From Archangium sp. (GTDB lineage: Bacteria > Myxococcota > Myxococcia > Myxococcales > Myxococcaceae), in the NCBI GenBank assembly GCA_031367385.1, contig JANLPS010000513.1, positions 1 through 11,613 of the forward strand: DNA of 11,613 nucleotides, written 5' to 3'. The notes beneath the pieces are model-generated. The model was not told the DNA's origin. It ran no database searches and worked only from the letters and a program-made list of their open reading frames with translations. The first letter of the stretch is position 1, and each line of letters opens with the position of its first letter. Below are positions 1 through 8,511 of this stretch, piece after piece. Made by a program: the position numbers and the translations under genes.

Positions 1-53
1 ATAAGGGTTTCGTCAGCCTGAAGGCTCGTCGGTCGTTTCGGTGATGTCGACAT
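1..53 (-). CDS. 5' end of a gene divergent from cysS, truncated by the window edge (MSTSPKRPTSLQADETL...); product unknown
   Basis: Minus-strand ATG at 53 with GGAG (59-62) 5 nt upstream; the frame is open to the window edge. Only 17 codons are visible, and it is not in the ORF track. Confidence 0.55.
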   Translation of the reverse strand, partial: MSTSPKRPTSLQADETL

Positions 54-93
54 GACGACTCCAGGGGGCAATCGGTACGAAAGTATCGCACAT

Positions 94-123
94 CTGACAC
101 CAGCGGGTGGCATGCGGTAAAGA
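94..123 (+). promoter_or_regulatory. Putative sigma70-type promoter of cysS (near-leaderless)
   Basis: CTGACA (94-99, 5/6 to TTGACA), 18-nt spacer, TAAAGA (118-123), then 9 nt to ATG 133. No Shine-Dalgarno. The -10 element is imperfect. Confidence 0.35.
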
Positions 124-132
124 CCCCCGCCC

Positions 133-1605
133 ATGACTGCCCCTCAAATTCGCGCCTTCAATACGATGCAACAAGACCGCGTTCCGCTGGTGCCGTTGGT
201 GCCGGGCAAGATCGGCATCTACGTCTGCGGGCCCACCGTCTACAGCTTCGTGCACATCGGCAACGCGCGAACGTTTACCTCCTTCGACACCATCGTTCGC
301 TACCTGCGGTACCGGGGCTTCGAGGTGCGCTATGTGCGCAATTACACTGACGTCGATGACAAAATCATCAACGCCGCGAAAGAGAGCGGAGAAGGCGCTT
401 TAGAGCTGGCCGCCCGCTTCATCGTCGAGTTCGAGAAAGACGCCGCCGCGCTGCACCTGCTCAAGCCCGACGTCTCGCCCAAAGTCTCTGAAACCATTCC
501 CGAAATCGTCGAGATCATCGGCAAGCTGATCGCCCGCGGAGTGGCCTACGAGTCGCGCGGCGACGTGTACTTCGAGGTTCGAAAGTACCCCGAGTACGCC
601 ACGCTCTCGCGCCGCAATCTCGACGACTTGGAGGCCACCGAGCGGGTCTCGGCCTCGGGCGAGCAGAAGCGAGACGCCCTCGACTTCGCCCTGTGGAAGG
701 CGGCCAAGCCGGGCGAAGTGTTCTGGGAGTCACCCTGGGGCAAGGGCCGGCCGGGCTGGCACATCGAGTGCTCGGCGATGTCGTCGAAGTACCTGGGCGA
801 CACCTTCGACCTGCATGGCGGCGGCCTCGACCTGATTTTCCCACATCATGAGAATGAGAAGGCCCAGAGCGAGGCGGCGAGCGGCAAGCAGCTCTGCCAG
901 TGCTGGATGCACGGCGGCTTTTTGGACCTCGAGGGCGCGAAGATGTCGAAGTCGCTGGGCAACGTGGTGCGGCTGCGCGACGCGCTCGAGCGGGTCGACG
1001 CCGAGGCCCTGCGGTACTTCTTTTTGTCGACGCACTACCGGCAGGCGCTGGGGTTCTCAGACAAGTCGCTCTTCGATGCCGAGTCGCGGCTCGAATACTT
1101 CTACGAGACGCTCAAGAAGGTCGACGAGCGCATCACCGGCAAAGACTTCGGCACCGGCCCCGTGCACGGCGAGCCCGAGAAGTTCATGCGCGACTTCGAT
1201 GAGATCGTCAGCGACGACTTCAACTTCCCCGGAGGGTTGGGGGTGTTGTCAGGCCTGTTCGCTGAGCTGAATCTGCTGTGCGACAAGCCGCCGGTGAAAG
1301 ACAAGGCGCTGGTCGGGCGAACCCTGGTCGCGTTGCGCGCGGTGGTGAGCAAGATGTCGGGCGCGCTGGGGTTGTTCGAAGACGTCGCCGAGCCGTGGCT
1401 TTCGCGGCGGCGAGATCGCCAGGTGGTGCTCAAAGGCATCGATCGCGACAAGGTCGAGGCGATGCTGGGCGAGCGCCAGGCGGCGAGAGCGGCGAAGAAC
1501 TTCGCGGAGTCAGATAGGCTCCGCGCAGAGCTGAACGGGCTCGGCGTGGAGATCATGGATTCGCCGGCAGGCACGACGTGGAAGGTCGCTTCAGGCGGCG
1601 CCTGA
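133..1605 (+). CDS. cysS: Cysteine--tRNA ligase (class I aaRS), 490 aa
   Basis: [12 protein letters not shown] (HIGH variant), [72 protein letters not shown], and a C-terminal anticodon-binding end (R..AR..KNF..SD.LR...D...GTTW). The zinc-ligand Cys/Cys/His/Glu residues are present. Confidence 0.99.
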   Translation: MTAPQIRAFNTMQQDRVPLVPLVPGKIGIYVCGPTVYSFVHIGNARTFTSFDTIVRYLRYRGFEVRYVRNYTDVDDKIINAAKESGEGALELAARFIVEFEKDAAALHLLKPDVSPKVSETIPEIVEIIGKLIARGVAYESRGDVYFEVRKYPEYATLSRRNLDDLEATERVSASGEQKRDALDFALWKAAKPGEVFWESPWGKGRPGWHIECSAMSSKYLGDTFDLHGGGLDLIFPHHENEKAQSEAASGKQLCQCWMHGGFLDLEGAKMSKSLGNVVRLRDALERVDAEALRYFFLSTHYRQALGFSDKSLFDAESRLEYFYETLKKVDERITGKDFGTGPVHGEPEKFMRDFDEIVSDDFNFPGGLGVLSGLFAELNLLCDKPPVKDKALVGRTLVALRAVVSKMSGALGLFEDVAEPWLSRRRDRQVVLKGIDRDKVEAMLGERQAARAAKNFAESDRLRAELNGLGVEIMDSPAGTTWKVASGGA

Positions 1606-1782
1606 GACACCGCGACCATCAACAGCGCGTACGCCGATGAGACGCCCGGCCAGTATGTCGGCGTGGTTCGATATCTCACCGACATCAAGCACGACGGCTC
1701 GTTTCAATTCGAGGGCTGCTGCTGCGAGGCGACTCCGCAATCGCCACGCCAAGACACTCGACTGATTGGCTCAGGCGCCTGA
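1606..1782 (+). pseudogene. Startless coding-like stretch in frame with cysS (58 codons + TGA): gene remnant or readthrough extension
   Basis: Translates without a stop as DTATINSAYADETPGQYVGVVRYLTDIKHDGSFQFEGCCCEATPQSPRQDTRLIGSGA*. 35 of the first 42 codons end in G/C, like real genes here. There is no in-frame ATG. Confidence 0.35.
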
Positions 1783-2598
1783 AAAAGGCACCAGCTCGAG
1801 CGGTTTCAGCTTCGTGTCGAGCGCCTCCGCCGAGCCGCCCAGCTTGAGGGCTTCGTACATCGCGGTGCGCTGCTTCTCGGTGAACGAGCGGCTCATCGCG
1901 AGCGTGAACTTGCCCGACCCGGTGTGCTCCGTGAGCTTCGGTGAGACCAAAGCGTCGGTGAGCGCCTTGAGCGACTTGGCGTTGTCGCCAGAGAGAAGGG
2001 TGAAGAACGCGGACACTTCGGGGTCAACGGCGTATTTCACGTTGCGGCCCTGCAGCGCGGCAGCGGCTTCGGCGTGGGAGGTCGCTTTCTCAAGCCGAAC
2101 CTGCGCTCGCGAGGCGAACAGGTTCGAGTCGCTGGTGCGGTCAGCCAGGGTGGCCATCAACTCCGCAAGGTGCGCGTCGGTGCGTGGTCGGGCCGAGTAC
2201 GGGGCCGGCCGCAAGTTGTCGCGCCCGAGGGTCGCGTCGTGGCTTGGGATCTCTGCCAAACTCGCGGCGGGTTTGAAGAACTTTATCGGATTCAGGCTCG
2301 GTTCTTGGGCCTGCGCAACCCTCGGATCTCTTGGGTCTGCCGTGTTCAAACGCCACTCGGGAGCCGCCAGTGCCTGCGCGTGCGGAGAATTCAATTTCCA
2401 CTCCGTCGGGCCCTTGAACTGGCCTGCGGTCGCATCGGCTTCGATGGCTCCGGCGGTCTCCGCCAGGCTCGGCATCGCCTCGAGCTGCGTGAGCGCTGCA
2501 CGGGGCAGCTGCGATGAGGGCGAACGTTCAGTCGCTCGCAGCAGAACTTCCCGGAGCGCACCGGCCCCCGCTGGAATCTTCAAATCGATGAATTTCAC
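1771..2598 (-). CDS. Hypothetical Ala-rich protein (~275 aa, MKFIDLKIPAG...LVPFSGA); no recognised family
   Basis: Long minus-strand ORF with GC3-biased codons (the track gives 1771..2649). GTG at 2598 is preferred because TTGACG (2634-2629)-N18-TTAGGT (2610-2605) lies 6 nt upstream, and the longer start would crowd the divergent promoter. Confidence 0.75.
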   Translation of the reverse strand: MKFIDLKIPAGAGALREVLLRATERSPSSQLPRAALTQLEAMPSLAETAGAIEADATAGQFKGPTEWKLNSPHAQALAAPEWRLNTADPRDPRVAQAQEPSLNPIKFFKPAASLAEIPSHDATLGRDNLRPAPYSARPRTDAHLAELMATLADRTSDSNLFASRAQVRLEKATSHAEAAAALQGRNVKYAVDPEVSAFFTLLSGDNAKSLKALTDALVSPKLTEHTGSGKFTLAMSRSFTEKQRTAMYEALKLGGSAEALDTKLKPLELVPFSGA

Positions 2599-2650
2599 GC
2601 CAGCACCTAAAGCGGAGTGCGCGACGCGCGTCAAGAAAGCCCAGATCACT

Positions 2651-2672
2651 TGTCAGGGTGGCCTGCTATGGC
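2651..2672 (+). promoter_or_regulatory. Putative promoter of the peptidase: TGTCAG-N10-TATGGC, probably leaderless
   Basis: TGTCAGGGTGGCCTGCTATGGC. TG-n-TA extended -10-like element ends 6 nt before ATG 2679. Shares TGTCAGGGT and CCTGSTA with the uvrB upstream region. Confidence 0.35.
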
Positions 2673-2678
2673 TGCCTC

Positions 2679-4295
2679 ATGTCGCTCGTTTTGCTCACCA
2701 TTTTGGCCTCCACGCCGTTGTTCTCACCGGCTGAGAAAATCATCACCGCCGAGTCGTTGCGCGCGCACGTGCGCTTTCTGGCGTCTGACGAGCTCGAGGG
2801 GCGCCAACCCTCGACGCGTGGAGATCGCCTCGCCCAGACCTACATCGCCTCAGAGCTCGAGGGCATGGGGCTCAAGCCCGGTGATGCGTCAGGCGGGTTC
2901 TTGCAGAAGTTCGACATCGTCAGCATCAACGGCACCACGCCGACGCTGACTTTCACCGGGCCAGCGAAGAGCTCGGCCACGTTCAAGCAGAGCGACGACT
3001 TCATCATGGTGTCGGCGCATCAGCAGAAGCAGTCGAAGCTTCAGAACGCCGAATTGGTCTTCGTCGGGTACGGCATCGTCGCGCCCGAATACCAGTGGGA
3101 CGACATCAAGGGCGTCGACATGCACGGCAAGGTCATCGTTGTGATGAACAACGACCCCGAAGACGACCCGTCGCTCTTCGCGGGCAAAGCGAGGCTCTAT
3201 TACGGCCGGTGGGATTACAAGTTCGAGCAGGCGGCGCGGGTGGGCGCGGCGGGGTGCATCATCATTCATACGAACCCCTCGGCGGGGTACCCGTGGCAGG
3301 TGGTGCAGACGTCGTGGGCGGGTGAGAACTTCGACTTGCCCGCAACGGGGGCGGCCGTCACGCAGGTGAAGGCGTGGTTGACAGAAGAGGCCGCCAGAAA
3401 GGTGGTCGCGCTCGCAGGCCAAGACCTCGATGCGCTGCGCCTCGCCGCCCAGAAGCGTGAATTTCGCCCGGTGCCCTTGGGGGTGATGGTGAGCGCGACC
3501 ATTGAAAATACAGTCGCGACCAAGACGACCGCGAACGTGCTCGCGGTGCTGCCGGGGTCAGACCCGCTGCTCAAGAACGAGTACGTGGTGATCACCGCGC
3601 ATCATGATCACCTGGGCCGTAAAGCCGAGATCAAGAAGGGCGAAGACGGCATCTACAACGGTGCGGTCGACAATGCCTCGGGCGTGGCGGCGCTGTTGAC
3701 TGTCGCTCGGGCGATGGCTGCCTTGCCCAAAGCCCCCAAGCGCAGCGTGCTCTTCGCGGCGGTGGCGGCAGAAGAGCAGGGGCTGCTGGGCTCGCAGTAT
3801 CTGGTCGAGCACCCCCCGGTGCCGGTGGCGAAGATGGCCGCGAACATCAACGTCGACGGGCTGAACATCTGGGGCAAGACCCGCGACGTCAGCGTGATTG
3901 GCCTCGGCAAATCGAGCATCGACGCGGCGATCACCGAGCTGGCGAAGGCGCAAAATCGCACCGTGGTCGGCGACGCGACGGCTGAGCAGGGGCACTTCTA
4001 CCGCTCAGACCAATTCAACTTCGCCAAAGCCGGCGTGCCTGCGGCCTATTTCTCGAGCGGCGAGACCTTCATCGGGCGCCCAGACGGTTGGGGCAAGGCC
4101 GAGCGAGAGAAGTGGGTGAACCAGCACTATCACCAGCCCTCCGATGAGCTGACCCCGGAGTGGGATTTGTCGGGCGCCCTTGAAGACGTTCAGCTGTTTT
4201 TTCGGCTGGCGAACGCACTGGGCAACGCGCCCACCATGCCGACCTGGCAGAACGGCGACGAATTCGAGTCGATTCGGTTGAAGTCGCTGAAATGA
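2679..4295 (+). CDS. M28 family Zn metallopeptidase with inserted PA domain, probably exported
   Basis: LASDELEGR, TAHHDHLG, NGAVDNASG, AAEEQGLLGS, NINVD, FYRSDQFNF, YHQPSDE (co-catalytic Zn ligands). PA-domain segment FVGYGIVAPEYQWDDIKGVDMHGK. Hydrophobic N-terminus from ATG 2679; an alternative GTG start is at 2658. Confidence 0.93.
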   Translation: MSLVLLTILASTPLFSPAEKIITAESLRAHVRFLASDELEGRQPSTRGDRLAQTYIASELEGMGLKPGDASGGFLQKFDIVSINGTTPTLTFTGPAKSSATFKQSDDFIMVSAHQQKQSKLQNAELVFVGYGIVAPEYQWDDIKGVDMHGKVIVVMNNDPEDDPSLFAGKARLYYGRWDYKFEQAARVGAAGCIIIHTNPSAGYPWQVVQTSWAGENFDLPATGAAVTQVKAWLTEEAARKVVALAGQDLDALRLAAQKREFRPVPLGVMVSATIENTVATKTTANVLAVLPGSDPLLKNEYVVITAHHDHLGRKAEIKKGEDGIYNGAVDNASGVAALLTVARAMAALPKAPKRSVLFAAVAAEEQGLLGSQYLVEHPPVPVAKMAANINVDGLNIWGKTRDVSVIGLGKSSIDAAITELAKAQNRTVVGDATAEQGHFYRSDQFNFAKAGVPAAYFSSGETFIGRPDGWGKAEREKWVNQHYHQPSDELTPEWDLSGALEDVQLFFRLANALGNAPTMPTWQNGDEFESIRLKSLK

Positions 4296-4315
4296 GATGC
4301 AGATTGGCGATCCCT

Positions 4316-4335
4316 CCTGACAGCACGCTGTCAGG
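4316..4335. promoter_or_regulatory. Perfect inverted repeat CCTGACAGC-AC-GCTGTCAGG, candidate operator of uvrBC
   Basis: 9-bp arms with a 2-nt centre, ending 25 nt upstream of the uvrB ATG. No U-tract follows, so a dimeric protein site is more likely than an intrinsic terminator. Confidence 0.55.
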
Positions 4336-4360
4336 GTCTCCCTGGTAGGCACGAAAGACT

Positions 4361-6442
4361 ATGGCCGACTTCAAGCTCGTCAGTGAGTACACCCCGCGCG
4401 GCGATCAACCCCGCGCCATCGCCGAGCTCACCGAGGGTCTCAAGCGAGGTGACGAGCACCAGGTGCTCCTGGGCGTCACCGGCTCGGGCAAGACCTTCAC
4501 CATCGCCAACGTGATCGCCAACTTGGGCAAGCCAGCGCTGATCATCGCGCACAACAAGACCTTGGCGGCGCAGCTCTACGGCGAGTTCAAGCAGCTCTTT
4601 CCCCAGAACGCGGTCGAGTATTTCGTCAGCTATTACGACTACTACCAGCCCGAGGCGTACGTGCCGTCGTCTGACACGTTCATCGAGAAAGACTCGTCGA
4701 TCAACGAAGAGATCGAGCGCATGCGCCACTCGGCGACCCACTCGCTGCGTACGCGCGACGACGTGGTGATCATCGCCTCGGTCTCGTGCATCTACGGCCT
4801 GGGCATGGCCCGGGTCTATGTCGACATGGCGGTCAAGGTGGTGACCGGCACCGAGCACAGCCGCGACTCGCTGCTCAAGCAGCTGGTCGATTGCCAATAC
4901 GAGCGCAACGACATGGACTTTCACCGGGGCACCTTTCGGGTGCGCGGTGACACCATCGAGGTTTTTCCCATTTACGAAGAAGAGCGGGCGATTCGCATCG
5001 AGCTGTTCGGCGACACCGTCGAGCGAATCACCGAGTTCGACCCGCTGCGTGGCCAAGCGCTCAAGACCATCGACAAGACGACCATCTACCCCGGCTCTCA
5101 CTACGTCACCGAGCCGACCCAGCGGCACGTCGCGGTGCAGAACATTCGCGAAGAGCTGCGGCACAGGCTCAGTGAGCTCAAGTCGCAGAACAAGCTGGTC
5201 GAGGCCCAACGGCTCGAGCAGCGCACCATGTTCGACCTCGAGATGATGGAGCAGCTGGGGTTTTGCAACGGCATCGAGAACTACTCACGGCACCTGTCTG
5301 GGCGCGCGGCTGGCGAGGCGCCTCCGTGCCTGCTCGACTATTTCTCGAAAGATTTCTTGTGCTTCATCGACGAGTCGCACCAGACCGTGCCCCAAATCGG
5401 AGCGATGTACCGAGGTGACCGTGCTCGCAAAGAGACCCTCGTCGATTACGGGTTTCGCCTGCCCAGCGCGATCGACAACCGGCCGTTGAAGTTCAACGAG
5501 TTCGAGAAGATCACGCATCAGATGGTCTGCGTCTCAGCGACTCCGTCTGAGTGGGAGATCAACCAGGCCCGCGGTGTGGTGGTCGAGCAGGTGATTCGCC
5601 CGACGGGTCTCGTCGACCCCGAGGTCGATGTGCGCAAGGCCGGCAACCAGGTCGACGACCTGCTCGAGGAGATTCGCATTCGGGCGAAGAAGGGTCAGCG
5701 GGTGCTCGTCACCACCTTGACCAAGCGCATGGCTGAAGATCTGGCCGAGTACTACTCCGAGGTGGGGGTGAAGTGCCGGTACCTGCACTCCGACATCGAT
5801 GCGATCGAGCGCACCGCGATCATTCGCGACCTGCGCAAGGGCGTGTACGACGTGCTGATCGGCATCAACCTGCTGCGTGAGGGCCTCGACATACCCGAGA
5901 CCTCACTGGTCGCCATTCTCGACGCTGACAAAGAGGGGTACCTGCGCTCACATACCTCGCTGATTCAGACGATGGGCCGCGCCGCACGTCACTTGGAGGG
6001 GCGGGTGATCATGTACTCCGACCACATGACCGACTCGATGAAGAAGGCGCTCGATGAGGTCGATCGGCGGCGCATCGTGCAGCGGCAGTACAACGCAGAT
6101 CACAACATCACGCCCACGCAGGTGAAGAAGGCGATTCTCGACCTGAAGCAGTTTCTCTACGACGGCGACGTGGCCAACACCGCGACCGACGCAGGTGAAG
6201 AGCTGCTGACGAAAGAACAGCTCGCCCAGCTGATCAAGAAGACCGAGAAGCAGATGATGAAGCTCGCCGACGACATGGCCTTCGAAGAGGCTGCGCTCGA
6301 GCGAGACAAGCTGGTGCTGCTGCGGGAGATGGACATCGGTGTCAAGCCGCCGGTGATGTCGTTGCTCAATGCTCCGAAAGAGAGCCAAGAGGGCAAAGGC
6401 ACTCGAAAGGCCCAGCCGAGGAAGTATCGTCGCAAGCGATGA
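4361..6442 (+). CDS. uvrB: Excinuclease ABC subunit B, 693 aa
   Basis: GDQP, Walker [24 protein letters not shown], beta-hairpin [54 protein letters not shown], and a C-terminal UVR coiled coil (FEEAALERD). Confidence 0.99.
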   Translation: MADFKLVSEYTPRGDQPRAIAELTEGLKRGDEHQVLLGVTGSGKTFTIANVIANLGKPALIIAHNKTLAAQLYGEFKQLFPQNAVEYFVSYYDYYQPEAYVPSSDTFIEKDSSINEEIERMRHSATHSLRTRDDVVIIASVSCIYGLGMARVYVDMAVKVVTGTEHSRDSLLKQLVDCQYERNDMDFHRGTFRVRGDTIEVFPIYEEERAIRIELFGDTVERITEFDPLRGQALKTIDKTTIYPGSHYVTEPTQRHVAVQNIREELRHRLSELKSQNKLVEAQRLEQRTMFDLEMMEQLGFCNGIENYSRHLSGRAAGEAPPCLLDYFSKDFLCFIDESHQTVPQIGAMYRGDRARKETLVDYGFRLPSAIDNRPLKFNEFEKITHQMVCVSATPSEWEINQARGVVVEQVIRPTGLVDPEVDVRKAGNQVDDLLEEIRIRAKKGQRVLVTTLTKRMAEDLAEYYSEVGVKCRYLHSDIDAIERTAIIRDLRKGVYDVLIGINLLREGLDIPETSLVAILDADKEGYLRSHTSLIQTMGRAARHLEGRVIMYSDHMTDSMKKALDEVDRRRIVQRQYNADHNITPTQVKKAILDLKQFLYDGDVANTATDAGEELLTKEQLAQLIKKTEKQMMKLADDMAFEEAALERDKLVLLREMDIGVKPPVMSLLNAPKESQEGKGTRKAQPRKYRRKR

Positions 6443-8382
6443 CGCTTCAAGAAAAGCTCGACGCGTTGCCCAATCAGCCGGGCGTGTATCTGATGAAAGA
6501 TCGCGCCGGGAAGATTGTGTACGTCGGCAAGGCGGTGAACCTGCGCAACCGGGTTCGCAGCTACTTCAACGAAGGCTCGTCAGACACGCGGGCGTTCGTC
6601 GCGGTGCTCGACCGCGTGCTGGGCGACATCGACACCGTCATCGTCTCGACTGAAAAAGAGGCGCTGCTGCTCGAGAATGAGCTGATCAAGCGGCACCGGC
6701 CGCGCTTCAACGTTCAGTTGCGTGACGACAAGAACTACCTGTGCCTGCGGCTCGACGTGAATCACCAGTACCCGAGGCTCGAGACGGTGCGGCGGCCGAT
6801 GCGAGACAAGGCCAAGTACTTCGGGCCCTACTCGTCGGCCTCGTCGATTCGCGAGACCTTGAGGGTGGTGAACAAATATTTTCAGCTGCGAACGTGCACC
6901 GATTACTCGCTCGAGACTCGCCGCCGCCCGTGTCTGCTGTACCAGATCGGCCGCTGCCCAGCGCCCTGCGTGAACCCGATACCCGTCGACGACTATCGAA
7001 AGAACGTCGACGCGGTGGTGCTGTTTCTCGAGGGGCGGAGCGCTCCGTTGATCGAGAGCCTGCGGGCCCGAATGAAGCAGGCGGCGACCAAGCTCGAGTT
7101 CGAAGAGGCGGCCCGGCTGCGAGACCAGGTCATCGCGCTGCAGCGCAGCCTCGAGAAGCAGACCATCGCCACCACCGATGAGATTGACCAAGACATCTTC
7201 GGCCGGTACCGCGAGGCCGACCGCATCACGATTTACCTGCTGCATGTGCGCGGGGGTCGCATCTCGGGTGGCCAGGCGCAGCACTTCTCGAGCGAGTTTC
7301 CCGACGAGGAGCTGCTGTTTTCATTCGTGAACCAATACTACGCCGACCAGAACTTCGTGCCCAGCGAGGTGGTCTTGCCCTCGGCGATGAACGAGGCGGC
7401 GGCGCTCGAGGAGCTGCTCACCGAGTCGCGGGGCGAGCGGGTTCGGGTGATCGTGCCGCAGCGGGGCGAGAAGGTCGAGCTGGTGAAGCTGGCGTCGAGA
7501 AATGCCGAGCGGGCCTTCAGCGAGCGCAAGCGCAGCCGCGAAGAGGTCGACCAGGTGCTCGAGAAGCTCAAAGAGCGCCTGCACCTCGCTCGCGTGCCCC
7601 ACCGCATGGAGTGTTTCGACATCTCGCACACGCAGGGCACCTCCATCGTCGCCTCGCAGGTGGCCAGCTTCGACACCGAGCCCGACAAGGCCCGGTACCG
7701 CCGCTTCAAGATCAAGACCGTCACGCAAAACGACGACTTCGCCTCGATGCACGAAGTGCTGACCCGACGGCTCAAGCGCGGCAAGGCCGAGAATGATCTG
7801 CCCGACCTGATCGTCATCGACGGCGGCAAGGGCCAGCTGGCCTCGGCGCAGGCGGCGATGCGCGACCAGGGCATCGACACGGTCGACCTGGTTTCGCTCG
7901 CCAAGTCGCGAGACCTCGACGTGGTCGACCGCGACGAAGAGTCGAAGCGCAGCCCGGAGCGGGTCTTCTTGGTCGGCCGCAAAGACCCGATCGTGCTGCC
8001 CCAGAACTCGCCGGAGCTGTTTGCCCTGACCCGCTTGCGCGACGAGGCCCATCGCTTCGCCATCACCTATCAGCGAAAGCTCTCGTGCCGGCGGGGGCTC
8101 TCATCGCACCTCGACCAGATACCCGGCGTCGGCGCGACGCGAAGAACCGCCTTGTTGCGGCACTTTGGCAGCCTGAAGCGCATTCGCGAGGCCTCGGTTG
8201 AAGAGCTGAGCCAGGTCGGCGGGCTGGGGCCGTCGGTCGCCGAGCGGGTTCACGCCTTCTTGCACAGCCCGAAGGTGGAGGAAGACGTGGAGCCAGGCGA
8301 TGACGACGCCGTTCGGGAGGCCTCGCTGGAAGACGCGGCGACGGTGGCGCCCGGTGGTTCTGGGTCGACCGGCTCACCATGA
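6439..8382 (+). CDS. uvrC: Excinuclease ABC subunit C, 647 aa
   Basis: GIY-YIG domain (PGVYLM...[16 protein letters not shown]), four-Cys region (RTC...[15 protein letters not shown]), UVR motif (FEEAARLRD), RNase H-like domain ([28 protein letters not shown]), tandem HhH (IPGVG, VGGLG). ATGA overlap with the uvrB stop. Confidence 0.99.
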   Translation: MTLQEKLDALPNQPGVYLMKDRAGKIVYVGKAVNLRNRVRSYFNEGSSDTRAFVAVLDRVLGDIDTVIVSTEKEALLLENELIKRHRPRFNVQLRDDKNYLCLRLDVNHQYPRLETVRRPMRDKAKYFGPYSSASSIRETLRVVNKYFQLRTCTDYSLETRRRPCLLYQIGRCPAPCVNPIPVDDYRKNVDAVVLFLEGRSAPLIESLRARMKQAATKLEFEEAARLRDQVIALQRSLEKQTIATTDEIDQDIFGRYREADRITIYLLHVRGGRISGGQAQHFSSEFPDEELLFSFVNQYYADQNFVPSEVVLPSAMNEAAALEELLTESRGERVRVIVPQRGEKVELVKLASRNAERAFSERKRSREEVDQVLEKLKERLHLARVPHRMECFDISHTQGTSIVASQVASFDTEPDKARYRRFKIKTVTQNDDFASMHEVLTRRLKRGKAENDLPDLIVIDGGKGQLASAQAAMRDQGIDTVDLVSLAKSRDLDVVDRDEESKRSPERVFLVGRKDPIVLPQNSPELFALTRLRDEAHRFAITYQRKLSCRRGLSSHLDQIPGVGATRRTALLRHFGSLKRIREASVEELSQVGGLGPSVAERVHAFLHSPKVEEDVEPGDDDAVREASLEDAATVAPGGSGSTGSP

Positions 8383-8511
8383 GAGTCAAGGCGTTTCACT
8401 TTTGGAAACGTATGACCTTGTTGGATTTTTCGTTGCGGCAGCGATGGTCGCTGGCATACATCTAGGCGGTCGCTGGACTCCCCCGGACACAGCACACGAA
8501 GGTCAAAAACC

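Noticed and set aside
80..99. Third TGTCAG copy on the minus strand (TGTCAG-N8-TACTTT) before the left-edge gene
   Set aside because: The spacing differs from the other two copies, it lacks the GGT extension, and the same bases are explained as the CTGACA -35 element of cysS.
13..255. 80-aa minus-strand ORF from the track
   Set aside because: It overlaps cysS antisense; the ATG at 53 with a Shine-Dalgarno in another frame is the better candidate.
1606..1650. Bacterial SECIS after the cysS UGA (selenocysteine recoding)
   Set aside because: Only a weak CGCG/CGCG pairing is visible, with no convincing stem-loop, and CysRS is already complete at the UGA.
1766..2734. 322-aa plus-strand ORF
   Set aside because: Antisense shadow of the minus-strand orphan: TTG start, Ser/Ala/Arg-rich composition, codon bias favouring the other strand, and overlap with the peptidase start.
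4331..8066. Long minus-strand ORFs opposite uvrB/uvrC (292, 234, 243 and 242 aa), and similar ones opposite cysS, the peptidase and the DUF3108 genes
   Set aside because: Expected stop-poor shadow frames in high-GC coding DNA; no motifs or initiation signals.
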